Made by a program: the position numbers and the translations under genes
IMG/VR virus record: IMGVR_UViG_3300028920_000023
DNA length: 64,000 nucleotides
Strand: one strand, 5' to 3'
From: a virus
Taxonomy: Duplodnaviria; Caudoviricetes
Shown: one piece after another, positions 1 through 22,165 of the stretch
Layout of the letters: each line of letters opens with the position of its first letter
Position numbering within the stretch: position 1 is the stretch's first letter
The notes under the pieces: generated by a model
The model's database searches: none
What the model was told of the DNA's origin: nothing
The model's input: the letters and a program-made list of their open reading frames with translations, nothing else

Positions 1-2007
1 CTCCTGACCATAAGAGGTAAATTGGCATTCTGATCCTATTGGTTTATTAACCGGTACGTTTAGATATTTCTCTGTCTCAGAGGAACTCTTGTGAGTGCCA
101 TCCAGCTGCTTCCAATCACCGAACTCACGCAATAAACCATTATAGATAGCATCTCTAAGGAAAATATCTTCGTCTTTGAGATTAGAATCGGATAAATCTG
201 GGGAACATACATCTCCTTTGCTTTCATCAACAGGAGGAGGAACTTGAACACCAGGATTCGTTATACAATAATCAATTACGTTATAAACTTCATAATTATT
301 AAGATCATAAACAATCTTCCTTAACAAAGAATGGAACGCCTTCAATTTGAAAATAAACTGCATAAGAAATTCTAATAATTCAGAAGGTATCTCTTGACCA
401 GTCTTTAATAATATCCTAACATCAAAACGATTAGAACGAAGATTCTCCAAACTATCCGGAATAATCAACTTCTCACGAGGATAAGTTGCAAATACGTATA
501 AAGAAGCCTGAGAGAAATCAAAATACCTATCAAAAACAATAGAGACAGTATTCCTAATATTATTATACGAGATTCCGTTCTGATTTATCAATATAGGAGA
601 ATCAGAATTAACTACACTGGTCGGAACCCCTGTCTCGTTATCTAAAGTTATCTCAGTAGTGCTAATGAGTGTAGAATCACCAGTCGGAAGACTGTCATAT
701 AATTTAGAAGCAGAAATAGCCCCACCTGGCAAAATACATTGCTCTTGTAAAGCATCTGGGTCCGCAGTTATTTGCTCCACAAGGCCATCTAGAGCATCTT
801 TCGTAGGTCCTGCTTCTACGAAGAAAGCTGTTATTGTTATGTCTGATGTTGGGGTATAAACTAGCGGTATCTCAAGCTGTCCAAAACCAGGCTCTGAATA
901 GTCGGAGACCATCGGTTCGTTTTGGCAGACGGTCTGTACTTCTATTTGCTCATCGAGTATTGTATCTGGCAGTTTCTCGTTTGGAGCTACGAGCATAGTG
1001 CCATCTGTCGAGTACCACAAATTTACTAATTCGATGGCGAACCCGAATATATCGAACAATTCTACTAATACTCTTTTAGAGCCTTTTAATTTCTGTAGAT
1101 AGACAGCTTGTCTTAGGATGGATCTTCTTACATTATCGGTTACACCTGGGAAGTTTGGTAAGTCCCATCCGATCAAGAACGCTAGATATGGTATTAGCTG
1201 GGCTGGTATTTTGTTTATGTGGTTTATGCCGTTGATGAAGGTTTGTTCATCGAAGGCATCTTGCAGGATGTCTGCGAATGGTCTGTAGAATTCCAGTACT
1301 CTGTCGTCTGCTCGTCTTTCTGATTCCTGCTCGAAGTATAGCGGTGGTGTTTTTCTGAACATCTCATGGTGCACTTCGCCGGGGTGCGCTATGAGGAATT
1401 TGCTTTGGGTGGTCTTTATTTCAGATTCGTCGATGCATCCTGGGCCTTGGGCGGATGCTACTTGCGGGTTGAATATTACTCGGCTGTAGTATTTGGCTTC
1501 CCATACGAAGTAATATCTTTCTGGCCTGGGTAGGTCTTCGACGTCTATTATAAACAGGGACATGTCGTGATAATCAGCGTCTGGGTAGTAGGGCAGTTCG
1601 CTGGTTATGTTCCCGCGTATTGTGGTGTATTCGAAGGTATCTCCTTCTTGGACGTCTTCGTAGGTTCTTAGTTCTCCGGTTGGGCTTTTGAATATTCTTC
1701 CTTCTGGGTCTATTTTGACGTCTTGTAGTTGCAGGGTATTGACTGGTATTGTGTATATGTCTGTTGTTGGTACGAGTAATCCGGTGTTGAAGGGTCCTGC
1801 TACTTTGGCTTGTTCTGGGGCGTCTGCTATGAAGAATTTTACGTCAAATACTTCGGTTTTGCCTAAGGTGGTTCCGTTTGCGTTCCTTCTTCTGGGAACG
1901 ATTAGGATCATGGGCAGATAGACCGGTTTAAACCCGGTTCTATTGTTGTTTATGGGAAATCTGTAGAAGCTAGGGTTATTTCTATCTGGAGGTGTCGCTG
2001 CTGGCAT
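1..2007 (-). CDS. Phage baseplate wedge / tail protein (P2 gpI / T4 gp7-like), truncated at window start
   Basis: Absent from the ORF track because it runs off the edge. ATG at 2007 (MPAATPPDRNN...) follows GGGGA; frame open in the parts I translated (about 980-2007 and 1-60). Contains IPYLAFLIGWDLP...RRSILRQAVYLQKLKGSKRVLVELFDIFG, typical of tail/baseplate wedge proteins. Confidence 0.6.
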   Translation of the reverse strand, partial: MPAATPPDRNNPSFYRFPINNNRTGFKPVYLPMILIVPRRRNANGTTLGKTEVFDVKFFIADAPEQAKVAGPFNTGLLVPTTDIYTIPVNTLQLQDVKIDPEGRIFKSPTGELRTYEDVQEGDTFEYTTIRGNITSELPYYPDADYHDMSLFIIDVEDLPRPERYYFVWEAKYYSRVIFNPQVASAQGPGCIDESEIKTTQSKFLIAHPGEVHHEMFRKTPPLYFEQESERRADDRVLEFYRPFADILQDAFDEQTFINGINHINKIPAQLIPYLAFLIGWDLPNFPGVTDNVRRSILRQAVYLQKLKGSKRVLVELFDIFGFAIELVNLWYSTDGTMLVAPNEKLPDTILDEQIEVQTVCQNEPMVSDYSEPGFGQLEIPLVYTPTSDITITAFFVEAGPTKDALDGLVEQITADPDALQEQCILPGGAISASKLYDSLPTGDSTLISTTEITLDNETGVPTSVVNSDSPILINQNGISYNNIRNTVSIVFDRYFDFSQASLYVFATYPREKLIIPDSLENLRSNRFDVRILLKTGQEIPSELLEFLMQFIFKLKAFHSLLRKIVYDLNNYEVYNVIDYCITNPGVQVPPPVDESKGDVCSPDLSDSNLKDEDIFLRDAIYNGLLREFGDWKQLDGTHKSSSETEKYLNVPVNKPIGSECQFTSYGQE

Positions 2008-2024
2008 ATAAGTCCCCTTACTTC

Positions 2025-2363
2025 TTATTTTTGGTTAGTTTTTGGGGATGGGAGCACGTCTACGATATCTCCATCAATATGCACTTTAACCATTTTCTTT
2101 AATACTACGATTTCGTAATGTTTGTTTTTAGAGGCTGCTATTATCACACCTTGTGCTTTGAAATTCATTGGATTTATGAACCTGTGCATTAAATCTGCTA
2201 TGGGGTTCTCCAGACAGGTACATTCTGTACCGTCCCATTGTATTGCTCTGCCGTCTTTGCTGATTTCTAGGTTTATTTGGTGTTTTTGGATATGGTCTTG
2301 TATTGCTTTGGCTTGGCTAAATGTTAGTTCTTTGCCTAGTTCTATTCTACCGTTATAACGCAT
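2025..2363 (-). CDS. Hypothetical protein
   Basis: 112-aa ORF co-oriented with and ending just before the baseplate gene. Confidence 0.55.
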   Translation of the reverse strand: MRYNGRIELGKELTFSQAKAIQDHIQKHQINLEISKDGRAIQWDGTECTCLENPIADLMHRFINPMNFKAQGVIIAASKNKHYEIVVLKKMVKVHIDGDIVDVLPSPKTNQK

Positions 2364-2407
2364 ATTTTACTCCGTTTTTTATATGTACATATTATTGGAG
2401 GTACGAG

Positions 2408-2899
2408 ATGAGCAAAGAATATTCTTTTAAGAGAATGAGATGCACAATATGTGGAGAGGAAATAAGCAAAGCCGGAGCTGCTTATACATCGCACATGAGA
2501 ATGCACGTCAGAAGAGACGAAGTAATAGAACTCAAAAGAGGCAAAAAATGCGTCTTCATAAGCAAAGACGCCCTGGTGAGCCTACTCGATAAAGAACCCT
2601 ACGCCCTTCTGGGGGAAGAACCATTACCCCGACAACCAAAGGACGTTTGGGACATTACCTCCGCTTTAAAAGAACTAAAAGCAGTAAATCCAAATGAATA
2701 TTATATAACCAGTGGGGAAGCAGTCAAAAAAGCAGAAAAATTAGTCAAGGATGCTTATTCTTTAGCTGTTAAGAGCAAAGCATTCCTTAAGAAATTACAA
2801 AACGCAAGAGGAAAAAAGAAGTTTCTTGAGACATCTAGAGAAGAAAACAGATTACTAGTCAAAAGCAAGAACCCTCGAAGCATAAAGAAAGCACGATAA
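2408..2899 (+). CDS. C2H2-type zinc-finger protein
   Basis: Start moved to ATG 2408 (GGAGG RBS). CTICGEEISKAGAAYTSHMRMH = C-x2-C-x13-H-x3-H followed by a basic region. Confidence 0.6.
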   Translation: MSKEYSFKRMRCTICGEEISKAGAAYTSHMRMHVRRDEVIELKRGKKCVFISKDALVSLLDKEPYALLGEEPLPRQPKDVWDITSALKELKAVNPNEYYITSGEAVKKAEKLVKDAYSLAVKSKAFLKKLQNARGKKKFLETSREENRLLVKSKNPRSIKKAR

Positions 2900-3120
2900 T
2901 GGCAGACTACACAATCACATTGAACTTAGAGAGCGCCAAGCTATTATACGACGGCTTAGATAATCTGCCTGCAGATAAGAAGAGAACCATATTATATAAC
3001 AATCTTAGGAAAAATCTCAAGGTTATAATAACATTACGAGAACGACAAATCAAGAATGAACAAATCATACAAGATGAACGCAGAAAATTGAAAAGCCAGA
3101 AAGGCTCTAGGAAGAAATGA
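2899..3120 (+). CDS. Hypothetical small basic protein
   Basis: Overlapping stop/start junctions with both neighbours. Confidence 0.55.
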   Translation: MADYTITLNLESAKLLYDGLDNLPADKKRTILYNNLRKNLKVIITLRERQIKNEQIIQDERRKLKSQKGSRKK

Positions 3121-3671
3121 AGATATTTGGTATAGGCGCAAATAGGACAGGAACAGGGAGTTTAGCAGAAGCATTAAGAAAGTTAGGATACAATATATCT
3201 CATTGGGATCATCATGAACAAATATGCCAGAACTTAGTCAAAAACAAACTCAAGCATGAATTTCTAAATACTTACGACGGTGCTGCTGATCTACCGATAC
3301 CGTCTATCTACAGAGAATTAGATAGGGCGTACCCCGGCAGCAAATTCATCTTGACCATAAGAGATGAAAAAGACTGGATAAGAAGCCAAGAATTACATCA
3401 TAAAAGAATTGGTGTCGATAAACCTTATTTCGAGTGTTTTTTGTTGTATGGGTCTTTCTTTTTTGACAGAAAGAAATATCTAGAGGCTTATAGACGTCAC
3501 AACATAGAAGTAGTAAATTACTTCTATGGACGTAAGGATCTCCTAGTCGTAAATATCACAATAGAAGATGCATGGGATAAAATATGTTCCTTTCTTGGTA
3601 AGTCAAAGCCAGAACTACCATTCCCACAAATTAACAGAAGACCAGAAAAATCCCCAAAGAAAATCATATAG
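3117..3671 (+). CDS. Sulfotransferase family protein
   Basis: N-terminal PAPS-binding loop IFGIGANRTGTGSLAEALRKLGY; PGSKFILTIRD. Confidence 0.8.
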   Translation: MKIFGIGANRTGTGSLAEALRKLGYNISHWDHHEQICQNLVKNKLKHEFLNTYDGAADLPIPSIYRELDRAYPGSKFILTIRDEKDWIRSQELHHKRIGVDKPYFECFLLYGSFFFDRKKYLEAYRRHNIEVVNYFYGRKDLLVVNITIEDAWDKICSFLGKSKPELPFPQINRRPEKSPKKII

Positions 3672-3742
3672 TGAATTGCACAGAAAAATCGCAGATTTTT
3701 CTACTTCGGTAATAGACGAATTCTACGAAGTACTAAAAAGAA

Positions 3743-4372
3743 CTAAGAAATCCCCTGAAAAATCCTAAAAACATTCTCAGCAACCACACCAGGATCATCA
3801 TTAGCATCCACAGAATGTAGACTCTCTAAGAATCTAGACATATTAGAAAAACAACCGCTAGTATCCCCAGAAGCGAGCCTATTATACAAATCCAAAACAT
3901 TCCTCTGATACTCTACATCATTCTCTTCAAAATAATCACGAACATTATTAGAACCTCTTCTCTTTAAGGCCGTAATCAAATCAGTACACAAAACGACAAG
4001 ATGAAACTTGGAATTAGACAAATTCTGCATATTCCATAACGTCTCACGATCACAACCACCACAAACACCATAAATCAATCCAGAAACAATATTACACCTA
4101 TCACTAATACTCCAAACACCCTCCGAGATATTAACATTCAACTCAGAATGAACAAACTCATTATAATCAGCAGCCATCAGAATCTGTCTAGTAAAACCAT
4201 TCGCTTTTATGCTAGGGTCCTTAACTATCTCTCTAACTTTCATGCCCAACGAAGTCGCACCTGGATGAATATAATATCTAGCCGGTATCCCCTGCTTTTT
4301 AAGCAACGACATAAGATTAGAACAGACTGTAGTCTTACCGGAACCATCCGGGCCTTCGATAACTAGATGCAT
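3743..4372 (-). CDS. tmk: Thymidylate kinase
   Basis: IEGPDGSGKTT P-loop, SDR motif, size 209 aa. Confidence 0.85.
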   Translation of the reverse strand: MHLVIEGPDGSGKTTVCSNLMSLLKKQGIPARYYIHPGATSLGMKVREIVKDPSIKANGFTRQILMAADYNEFVHSELNVNISEGVWSISDRCNIVSGLIYGVCGGCDRETLWNMQNLSNSKFHLVVLCTDLITALKRRGSNNVRDYFEENDVEYQRNVLDLYNRLASGDTSGCFSNMSRFLESLHSVDANDDPGVVAENVFRIFQGIS

Positions 4373-4382
4373 AATAACCTCC

Positions 4383-5480
4383 CTAAGGCATAAGTAAACA
4401 GAAAAAACCCATCACCGGTATCATGCAACCGCCTTCAACTGGGATGCTTATTTCCGGTTTCCAGAACGACCTAATATCACCAAAGATGCTCTTCGGAATA
4501 TATACCAGCAAGAAATCTGTTTTCTCCTTCCAGACCTCTAAATCTTTCCAAATACTTTCGGAAGGCTTGAAACTATAATCCAGAAATACAGCATCATAAT
4601 AATCTTCATCAAGCGGATGTACATCCGCATTTAGAAATTCAGCCAGTCTAGAATGTTGTTTAGAACAATGATAAGTGCAACCTTCTAATATACAACCAAT
4701 CATTTTGCTTCCATAATCAGTCCTAGGGTCGGCTATAGATTTACCGCTCAGACCGAATTCCCTAATAATCTTCCGGTATACAGTCGGACTAATGTAATTT
4801 ATATGTACAGACAAGGCTGAAAGCAACGACCCCCTAGTGACATCCTTACCCCTTCTCAATAGCTTATTAATGGCAGTCATAATCCTCATGCCGCCACTCA
4901 TTCTTTTATCGAACCTACTGACCCAATTGGTCAATGAAGCCATAACATACTTTCCTGGAACACCACGATTATCATAACAAGTTAAAATCCCCAAATAATT
5001 CCTATAAAGATGCTTATCTATATCGAATTCCAATATTCTTTTATAATCTTCTACTAGGATATCATGGGGATATTCTAAGTGCCTCCAGTTCTCCTTAATA
5101 TTATGAACTAATTCATTACAAATTATCCTCTGAGATGCAAAATTAGAACGTTTATAATCAGAACCAGATACCAGGAAAAATTCCTCGTATGTCTCAGCAT
5201 TTCCACCCAGAGGATCATATGGGAATTCATTCCTTAATATAAGATCCTCACCATCATAAGGATCATCCGGCAAATAATGCCTAACGATGGGCATAATATG
5301 ATCAGAGATATCGCAATCATGCCAGATCTCATAGACACCAGTCGTAAAGATCACCGACCAGTACCTATGGCGTAATCTGATGTTTCTTACAAGTGGATGT
5401 TCACGCAGACATGACAATAGGCGACGCGTATTGTTTCTTCTTCTCAGCAGTCTTAGGAGTCTTGGTTGCTCCAATGTCAT
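4383..5480 (-). CDS. Hypothetical protein (start uncertain)
   Basis: 365-aa ORF in a minus-strand gene run; overlaps upstream gene by 80 nt, so the true start may be downstream. Confidence 0.55.
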   Translation of the reverse strand: MTLEQPRLLRLLRRRNNTRRLLSCLREHPLVRNIRLRHRYWSVIFTTGVYEIWHDCDISDHIMPIVRHYLPDDPYDGEDLILRNEFPYDPLGGNAETYEEFFLVSGSDYKRSNFASQRIICNELVHNIKENWRHLEYPHDILVEDYKRILEFDIDKHLYRNYLGILTCYDNRGVPGKYVMASLTNWVSRFDKRMSGGMRIMTAINKLLRRGKDVTRGSLLSALSVHINYISPTVYRKIIREFGLSGKSIADPRTDYGSKMIGCILEGCTYHCSKQHSRLAEFLNADVHPLDEDYYDAVFLDYSFKPSESIWKDLEVWKEKTDFLLVYIPKSIFGDIRSFWKPEISIPVEGGCMIPVMGFFCLLMP

Positions 5481-6048
5481 CTACGCCCCAGTTTTCATGT
5501 CTTTCTCGTATAGGTATCTGGAAACGCACCAACCAATAATAGAATCCGATATGACTAATGTTAGCCAATTTAGCACACTCGATAATAGAGAGTCCCATGG
5601 TAACATAATGATCTACGATCCATTCCTTATTACAACAAGGGTTCCTAGATTTAGTTACCTCGGGACCCCTCTTCGGGATATTGAACTGCTTGAGATAATA
5701 ATCCACACGCCAACAAGATCTCTTGATAATACGAGCAATCATATTCCTACTAATACCCTCCACAACATATTTCTGATAAAGCCATTCCCGCGTATGCCAT
5801 ACGCTCCTATCTTCCTCATGTATAATAGGCTTCGGCGGGTTTTTAGGACGTTTCTTAAATGGGCACTCTTCAAGGCCAACAGACCACCCCTTACAGGGAC
5901 GAGGTATCCCAGCAATTCTTTTCCATTTCCTAATCGTCCAGGCACTGCGACCAACAAGCTGAGCCTGTTCCATAGTCGTCAAATTTTCATATTCCTTAAA
6001 AAATTTTTTAAGGCTTCTAGGATCTGATGGTTGTGGCAACGGGATCAT
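5401..6048 (-). CDS. DNA-binding protein with tandem HTH-like repeats
   Basis: Two similar units REWLYQKYVVEGISRNMIARII...KQFNIPKR and KEWIVDHYVTMGLSIIECAKLAN...RFQIPIR plus an N-terminal HTH (AQLVGRSAWTIRKWK); no nuclease motif seen. Confidence 0.55.
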   Translation of the reverse strand: MIPLPQPSDPRSLKKFFKEYENLTTMEQAQLVGRSAWTIRKWKRIAGIPRPCKGWSVGLEECPFKKRPKNPPKPIIHEEDRSVWHTREWLYQKYVVEGISRNMIARIIKRSCWRVDYYLKQFNIPKRGPEVTKSRNPCCNKEWIVDHYVTMGLSIIECAKLANISHIGFYYWLVRFQIPIRERHENWGVDDIGATKTPKTAEKKKQYASPIVMSA

Positions 6049-6848
6049 CTCGGCTCCTCCTCTTCGCCCTCTGGTTCCTCAAGTTCCTCAGGCTGCTCAG
6101 GTTCTAAGTCCATCTCCTCTGGTTCTTCCGGTTCTTCTTCCGGTCCCGGTTCAGCACCAGAAGCGAGATCAGCACGCTCCTCATCTCCCAAATCTGCGAT
6201 CTCTTTCTCAACACGCTTCTGATCAACCTCATCCTTCGCCTTCTCAGCAGTAGTATCGGGCTGGTCAGCCGGACCCTCTATAGAAGGCTCCTGTTCAGGC
6301 TCCTGCTCAGGCTCCGGGAATTCCAACTCAGCTTCTGGCTCTAATTCCGTAGGTGGTTTCTCTCTCGGCGAAATACCGCTAGGTGCCTTGGGTTTCTTCT
6401 TAAGCTCAGTCCTTCTCTGATCCAAACGATCAGCTCTCTCTGTGTCCCCAATATCACGCAATTCCTTCGGAGTCATAGTACGTAAAGTACCTGGGCTTAT
6501 AGCCTGAATTCTATCCAGTCTGTAGGTCCTATAAGCGCCCTTACCAGGAGGTTCCCCAAAAACATCCGGTAATAATCTACGTCCAGTCCAATACCTCCTC
6601 CTGAGATTTCTATCCTTCAGGATCTCAGGTAGATAATAACGCAGTTTCTTAATCTGATTATCGTTCAAATAATTTAGATTTATACCAGCCACTAGTACAT
6701 TTCTGGTATTAGGGTGGATCCAAGTACCAAGTTTTAGTACTTTAGGTTTAGGGTCCACATTAAAGTGCGTATAATCGAATTCATTTGTTCGACCATACCC
6801 TTCGGTGATGGGCAATATTTCAGCCTCGTGCAATAATGTTAACTTCAT
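6045..6848 (-). CDS. Possible head/virion protein, DNA end-protector (T4 gp2)-like N-domain plus acidic Glu/Pro tail
   Basis: Start 6848 (ATGA overlap with upstream stop). DPKPKVL...VAGINLNYL resembles the gp2 GLNLHY motif; EPE-rich C-terminus. Confidence 0.4.
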   Translation of the reverse strand: MKLTLLHEAEILPITEGYGRTNEFDYTHFNVDPKPKVLKLGTWIHPNTRNVLVAGINLNYLNDNQIKKLRYYLPEILKDRNLRRRYWTGRRLLPDVFGEPPGKGAYRTYRLDRIQAISPGTLRTMTPKELRDIGDTERADRLDQRRTELKKKPKAPSGISPREKPPTELEPEAELEFPEPEQEPEQEPSIEGPADQPDTTAEKAKDEVDQKRVEKEIADLGDEERADLASGAEPGPEEEPEEPEEMDLEPEQPEELEEPEGEEEEPR

Positions 6849-7189
6849 GTGGTAATTTCCGCCCAAGACGTATTGAAATCTGGGTTGTTGGTTGTTGGGG
6901 CTGAGGATAACAGTGCCTCCACATATTCGCCCTCATTTAAAACCAGAACCTCCCCAGCTTCACCAAATATGAAAGTGCTACCTGCATTAAGAGTTCCAGA
7001 CCATATTATGTACGAGGAAGAACCAGAAGCCACTCTAACTGTTAAAGTAACGGTAGCTGTATCCTTGTTATAGACACCCATGTACCTCACGGCACTTCGT
7101 GAAGTACCAGTCCCCGTAGGAGAAGGGACAATCGTCACAGGTGTACTACCGTTTAGTACACCCCTATCACCAAATTCTTCAAAGGCCAT
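6845..7189 (-). CDS. Small beta-rich putative virion protein
   Basis: 114 aa, Thr/Ser/Gly-rich, GGAGAG RBS, directly downstream of collagen gene. Confidence 0.55.
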   Translation of the reverse strand: MAFEEFGDRGVLNGSTPVTIVPSPTGTGTSRSAVRYMGVYNKDTATVTLTVRVASGSSSYIIWSGTLNAGSTFIFGEAGEVLVLNEGEYVEALLSSAPTTNNPDFNTSWAEITT

Positions 7190-7204
7190 AACTTCTCTCC
7201 ATGA

Positions 7205-19287
<12,083 letters not shown>

Positions 19288-19301
<14 letters not shown>

Positions 19302-20292
19302 TCTCTCTTACATCAGCATTCAACAAAATACGTTCCCTCTCAGCGAGCCTAAGATCCCCATTAATCATCTCAGTAACAAGATCATTAAAAGAAAACTCCG
19401 GAACCCACCCAAGAACCCGTTTAATCTTAGAAGCATCACCACGCAACTCAGGAACCTCAGTAGGTCTCAAATATCGCTCATCAAATCTCACATAATCCCG
19501 CCAATCATAAATACCAACCCTCTCAAAAGCAGCAGTAAGAAAATCCCTAACAGAATAACAAGTACCAGTAGCAACAACATAATCATCAGGAACATCATGC
19601 TGTAACATCAAATGCATCGCACGAACATAATCACCAGCATGGCCCCAGTCTCTCTTAGCATCTAAATTACCCAAAGTAATATGATCCTGTAAACCATACT
19701 TAATCCTAGTAACAGCACGCGTAATCTTACGCGTTACAAAAGTCTCACCGCGCCTTTGCGACTCATGATTAAACAAAATACCATTGCAAGCAAACATTCC
19801 ATACGCTTCACGATAATTGACCACCTGATTAAAAGCACAGGCCTTAGCACAAGCATAAGGACTCCTAGGCCTAAACGGAGTATCCTCATTCTGAGGAACA
19901 GGCATATCCCCATACATCTCACTAGAACTAGCTTGATAAATCTTAGACTTAAGACCCAACCGCCTAACCGCTTCCAAAATATTCAAAGTACCAACAGCAA
20001 TAGTCTCATGACAATACACAGGCTGATCGAAAGAAATCCTCACATGTGATAAAGCACCCAGATTATAAATCTCATCTGGTCTACAAGAATTAATAATACT
20101 AATTATACTACTAGAGTCTGTTAGATCACCATAATGCAGCTGTAATTTATCAAGAATATGATCAATACGGTCAGTGTTAAAAGAGGAACTTCTCCTCTTT
20201 AGGCCATGAACTTCATAACCCTTCTCAAGCAGATATTCACTCAAATAAGAACCATCTTGACCAGTAATTCCAGTAATAAGAGCAATCTTCAT
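19288..20292 (-). CDS. gmd: GDP-mannose 4,6-dehydratase
   Basis: [64 protein letters not shown]; start set at ATG 20292 (GGAG RBS). Confidence 0.95.
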
Positions 20293-20339
20293 AGTATTCT
20301 CCAAGAGTTTATAATACTTACTCTTGGAGATGACTGACC

Positions 20340-20651
20340 TTAAGGGTTGGCAACAGTTACAGCGACCCTTAAGTTAGGGCCAGCTCTCTTTAAGCGATCC
20401 GCAATAAGCTCTGCTCTCTCCAGATGACATTCCGCAACCACGGTTATGTCGTCCATTACCTCTCGTGCCACATCCAGAGCGAAGTCGGGTTTAAAACCAA
20501 TATCGGTTAGTGCTTTAAAGACATATTCTGGATCTTTATACTTACCTAGGATAACGTATGCTATCTTGACTTTCACGTTCTTATACTTCTCATCGTGCTT
20601 TCTGATGATCTTCTCCACTTCGTCTATTTTCTGTATCTTTTTGCGTCTCAT
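20340..20651 (-). CDS. Small protein, weakly ClpS-like
   Basis: Start 20651 has AAAGGAGG RBS; C-terminal [21 protein letters not shown] recalls the ClpS C-terminus but the ND/DD N-degron pocket is not evident. Confidence 0.3.
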   Translation of the reverse strand: MRRKKIQKIDEVEKIIRKHDEKYKNVKVKIAYVILGKYKDPEYVFKALTDIGFKPDFALDVAREVMDDITVVAECHLERAELIADRLKRAGPNLRVAVTVANP

Positions 20652-20712
20652 GATGTCGTTCCTCCTTTTTCTGTTATATCGCATAGATAAATAACAGAAA
20701 ATGGGAATAATA

Positions 20713-21753
20713 ATGAAACTACCCAAGAAAATATTATTCACCAATTATCAAGCCCCTGGCGACGTTCTGGTACTCACAGCTACCATCAGAGACCTCCATA
20801 GAAAGTATCCAAACAAATATCTAACCGACGTAGACACCACAGCAATGCAGATCTGGGAAAACAACCCCCACATAACCAAACTGGACTGGACCAAAGAAAA
20901 CGAAACAATCAAAACACACGAAAATATCAAAATCATAAACTGTAAATACCCACTCATAGACCAATCCAACACCGCACCATACCACTTCCTACACGCATTT
21001 GCACAATACATCGAAACCAAACTCAGAATCAAAATACCCCTAACAGAAGCAAAAGGGGACATCCACCTATCCGAAGAAGAAAAGAACTGGATCTCACAAG
21101 CAAAAGAAAAAGGCATCGAGAACAACTTCTGGATCGTAATAGCAGGCGGAAAATATGACTTCACCGCAAAATGGTATCCACCAGAACGACACCAACATAT
21201 CATCAACTATTTCAAAGACAAAATAACATTCATACAATGTGGAGAAAGCCACGGACCGCCACTAGACCAAAACGGAAACAAAACAAACAACCACTTCCAC
21301 CCACAACTCAAAAACGTAGTAGATCTAAGAGGGCAAACAGATATACGACAATTCATACGACTAATGTACCACGCCTCCGGAGTCCTCTGCCCAGTCACTT
21401 TCGCAATGCATCTAGCGGCCGCCGTAGAGACCAAAACAGGACCAAAAAACAGACCCTGTGTCGTAATAGCAGGCGGAAGAGAACCAATGCAATGGGAAGC
21501 CTACCCACACCACCAATACATACACAAAAACGGCTGTCTCCCATGCTGCGAACAAGGCGGATGCTGGAAATCAAGATGCCAACTAATTGGCGATAAAGAC
21601 GAAAAAGACACCGAGAACGTCTGCGAAAACTACACACAAATAACACCAAACTTCAGAATACCAAGGTGTATGGACATGATCCACACCGGCGAAGTAATAC
21701 GTAGAATAGAATCATACTACGAGGGAGGAGCACTACGATATGATCAACACTGA
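20713..21753 (+). CDS. GT9-family (heptosyltransferase-like) glycosyltransferase
   Basis: APGDVLVLTATIRDL, AKWYP, DLRGQTDIRQFIRLMYHASGVLCPVTFAMHLAAA. Confidence 0.75.
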   Translation: MKLPKKILFTNYQAPGDVLVLTATIRDLHRKYPNKYLTDVDTTAMQIWENNPHITKLDWTKENETIKTHENIKIINCKYPLIDQSNTAPYHFLHAFAQYIETKLRIKIPLTEAKGDIHLSEEEKNWISQAKEKGIENNFWIVIAGGKYDFTAKWYPPERHQHIINYFKDKITFIQCGESHGPPLDQNGNKTNNHFHPQLKNVVDLRGQTDIRQFIRLMYHASGVLCPVTFAMHLAAAVETKTGPKNRPCVVIAGGREPMQWEAYPHHQYIHKNGCLPCCEQGGCWKSRCQLIGDKDEKDTENVCENYTQITPNFRIPRCMDMIHTGEVIRRIESYYEGGALRYDQH

Positions 21754-22165
21754 AGAATTATACAAAAAACTGTCCAGCAATGACCCAATAATCAAATCAA
21801 AAGCTGTAGAAGAATTCAAAAACCTCAGCATAAGAGAAAGGAACATATTCATCGCAGAAGTAGACGGAGGACTAACCAAAATATCCGAGCTAATCGCTGA
21901 ACGAAAACCACCAGACACAAGCAACATACAATTGAAAAAACAGAGAATCGTCAAAAGACGCCAACCACCACCCCCACCAACAGTAGAAAAGACCATAGAG
22001 AGAGGCACTTTCTATAAGTTCCTAAAGAGCAAACAATGGGAACCTACAATAAATAATTGCTCTAAACATCCCAAAGATCTCGCCTTAGTCATAGAACAAA
22101 AAACACAATTCTGCTTAGGATGCGCAGTAGAAGCCAACAAACTCTGGAAAGAAATGAACCAATAA
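21740..22165 (+). CDS. Hypothetical protein with C-terminal Cys/His Zn motif
   Basis: CSKHP...CLGC; Pro-rich linker; coupled to both neighbours. Confidence 0.55.
   Translation: MINTEELYKKLSSNDPIIKSKAVEEFKNLSIRERNIFIAEVDGGLTKISELIAERKPPDTSNIQLKKQRIVKRRQPPPPPTVEKTIERGTFYKFLKSKQWEPTINNCSKHPKDLALVIEQKTQFCLGCAVEANKLWKEMNQ

Noticed and set aside
5401-6048. Homing endonuclease
   Set aside because: Has the associated HTH-like repeats but no HNH, GIY-YIG or LAGLIDADG catalytic motif.
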